Program-made: the position numbers and the translations under genes | Notes under the pieces: generated by a model | Databases searched by the model: none | Told to the model about the DNA's origin: nothing | The model's input: only the letters and a program-made list of their open reading frames with translations | Assembly (NCBI GenBank): GCA_963783385.1 | Contig: CAWANJ010000009.1 | Coordinates: 896,410-960,409 of the forward strand | DNA from: an uncultured Gemmatimonadales bacterium | GTDB lineage: Bacteria > Gemmatimonadota > Gemmatimonadetes > Palauibacterales > Palauibacteraceae | Direction of reading: 5' to 3' | Length of the DNA stretch: 64,000 bases | In this document: positions 63,556 to 64,000 of the stretch, one piece after another | Numbering within the stretch: position 1 is the first letter of the stretch | How the letters are laid out: every line of letters starts with the position of its first letter

Positions 63556-64000
63556 TCACGGGCGCCCCGCCCCCTTCAGCTTCGCCCGCAGCTCCGGCAA
63601 CCAGTGGCGCACGAGCACGAGCCTGGGCGCCGAGGCGGCACTCGCCCCTTCGGACGCGACGGGGCGGACCATGATGAACCGACGGTCGTCGGGCGCGACC
63701 GCGTAGAAGTGGCTCTGGAAGTTGGCCAGGTACCCGCGCGCGTCGAACAGCCGGTGGTGGGCCCCCGCGGAGAAGGTGGAGCCGGTGGTCACGTCGACGG
63801 CGATCATCTCCCCGGCGCCGTTCCGGTAGAAGAGCTGGCGCCCGTCGTGCGACCACTCGGCCTCCGTGCCGCCGTCGCTCGAGATCGGATAGAGCCCGTC
63901 CCCCGCGTCGGGGAACGGACACACGTAGATCTCCATCCGCCCCGAGGACGAGGACGTGTAGGCGAGCCAGCGGCCGTCGGGCGACAGGGCCGGACCGTAC
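63556..64000 (-). CDS. C-terminal beta-propeller end of another Ser/Thr-kinase/TolB-like protein (gene starts beyond window end)
   Basis: rc of 63556-64000 reads …SPDGRWLAYTSSSSGRMEIYVCPFPDAGDGLYPISSDGGTEAEWSHDGRQLFYRNG…RLVLVRHWLPELRAKLKGAGRP*, the same tail architecture as kinases 1-3. Confidence 0.6.
   Translation of the reverse strand, partial: YGPALSPDGRWLAYTSSSSGRMEIYVCPFPDAGDGLYPISSDGGTEAEWSHDGRQLFYRNGAGEMIAVDVTTGSTFSAGAHHRLFDARGYLANFQSHFYAVAPDDRRFIMVRPVASEGASAASAPRLVLVRHWLPELRAKLKGAGRP

Overview
The window is high-GC (about 70%) bacterial chromosome. The gene content points to a Gemmatimonadota- or Acidobacteria-like organism, but that is inference from gene content, not a search result.

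Major content in order:
- a partial hutU on the minus strand at the window start, an EamA transporter, and a nitrilase-superfamily hydrolase;
- a secreted Zn-metalloprotease followed by a POT peptide transporter, which looks like a protease/uptake operon;
- a DUF3311 protein and a sodium:solute symporter, the latter with three frameshifts;
- an M20 peptidase, an M61 (PDZ) aminopeptidase, and murB overlapping glgP-glgA;
- a TonB-like gene;
- a minus-strand cluster of an NnrS/heme-copper-oxidase-like membrane protein, DUF59, DUF2249 and two small paralogous membrane proteins, divergent from a winged-HTH regulator (Cys-rich C-terminus) and a DUF318 permease;
- a CBS-pair protein, a roughly 1075-aa BNR/sortilin-like repeat protein, two tandem PD40 beta-propeller lipoproteins, a bacterial GH47 mannosidase, and a fragmented M1 peptidase;
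- three tandem paralogous Ser/Thr kinase-beta-propeller genes, all frameshifted;
- a minus-strand operon coupled by 4-nt overlaps (HExxH peptidase, SAM methyltransferase, retropepsin-like lipoprotein, lipoprotein);
- a second M1 peptidase fused in frame to tandem DUF1579 domains.

At 53.5-58.9 kb a lower-GC island carries two very large proteins with no recognisable family. ORF B (about 948 aa) is frameshifted. ORF C (740 aa) is intact and has a C-terminal GGDEF-like signature (DIRD ... LIGGDEVILALP). I rate this the best candidate for an undescribed system.

Downstream are small overlapping ORFs, a DinB-family gene, an MFS transporter, a TerB gene, and a higB/higA toxin-antitoxin module with a palindromic operator. 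The TA module appears to have replaced most of a fourth kinase gene; the C-terminus of yet another kinase runs off the window end.

Many genes carry internal frameshifts, some at homopolymer runs, and these are very unevenly distributed. I could not tell pseudogenisation from assembly indels.

I found no rRNA, tRNA or CRISPR.
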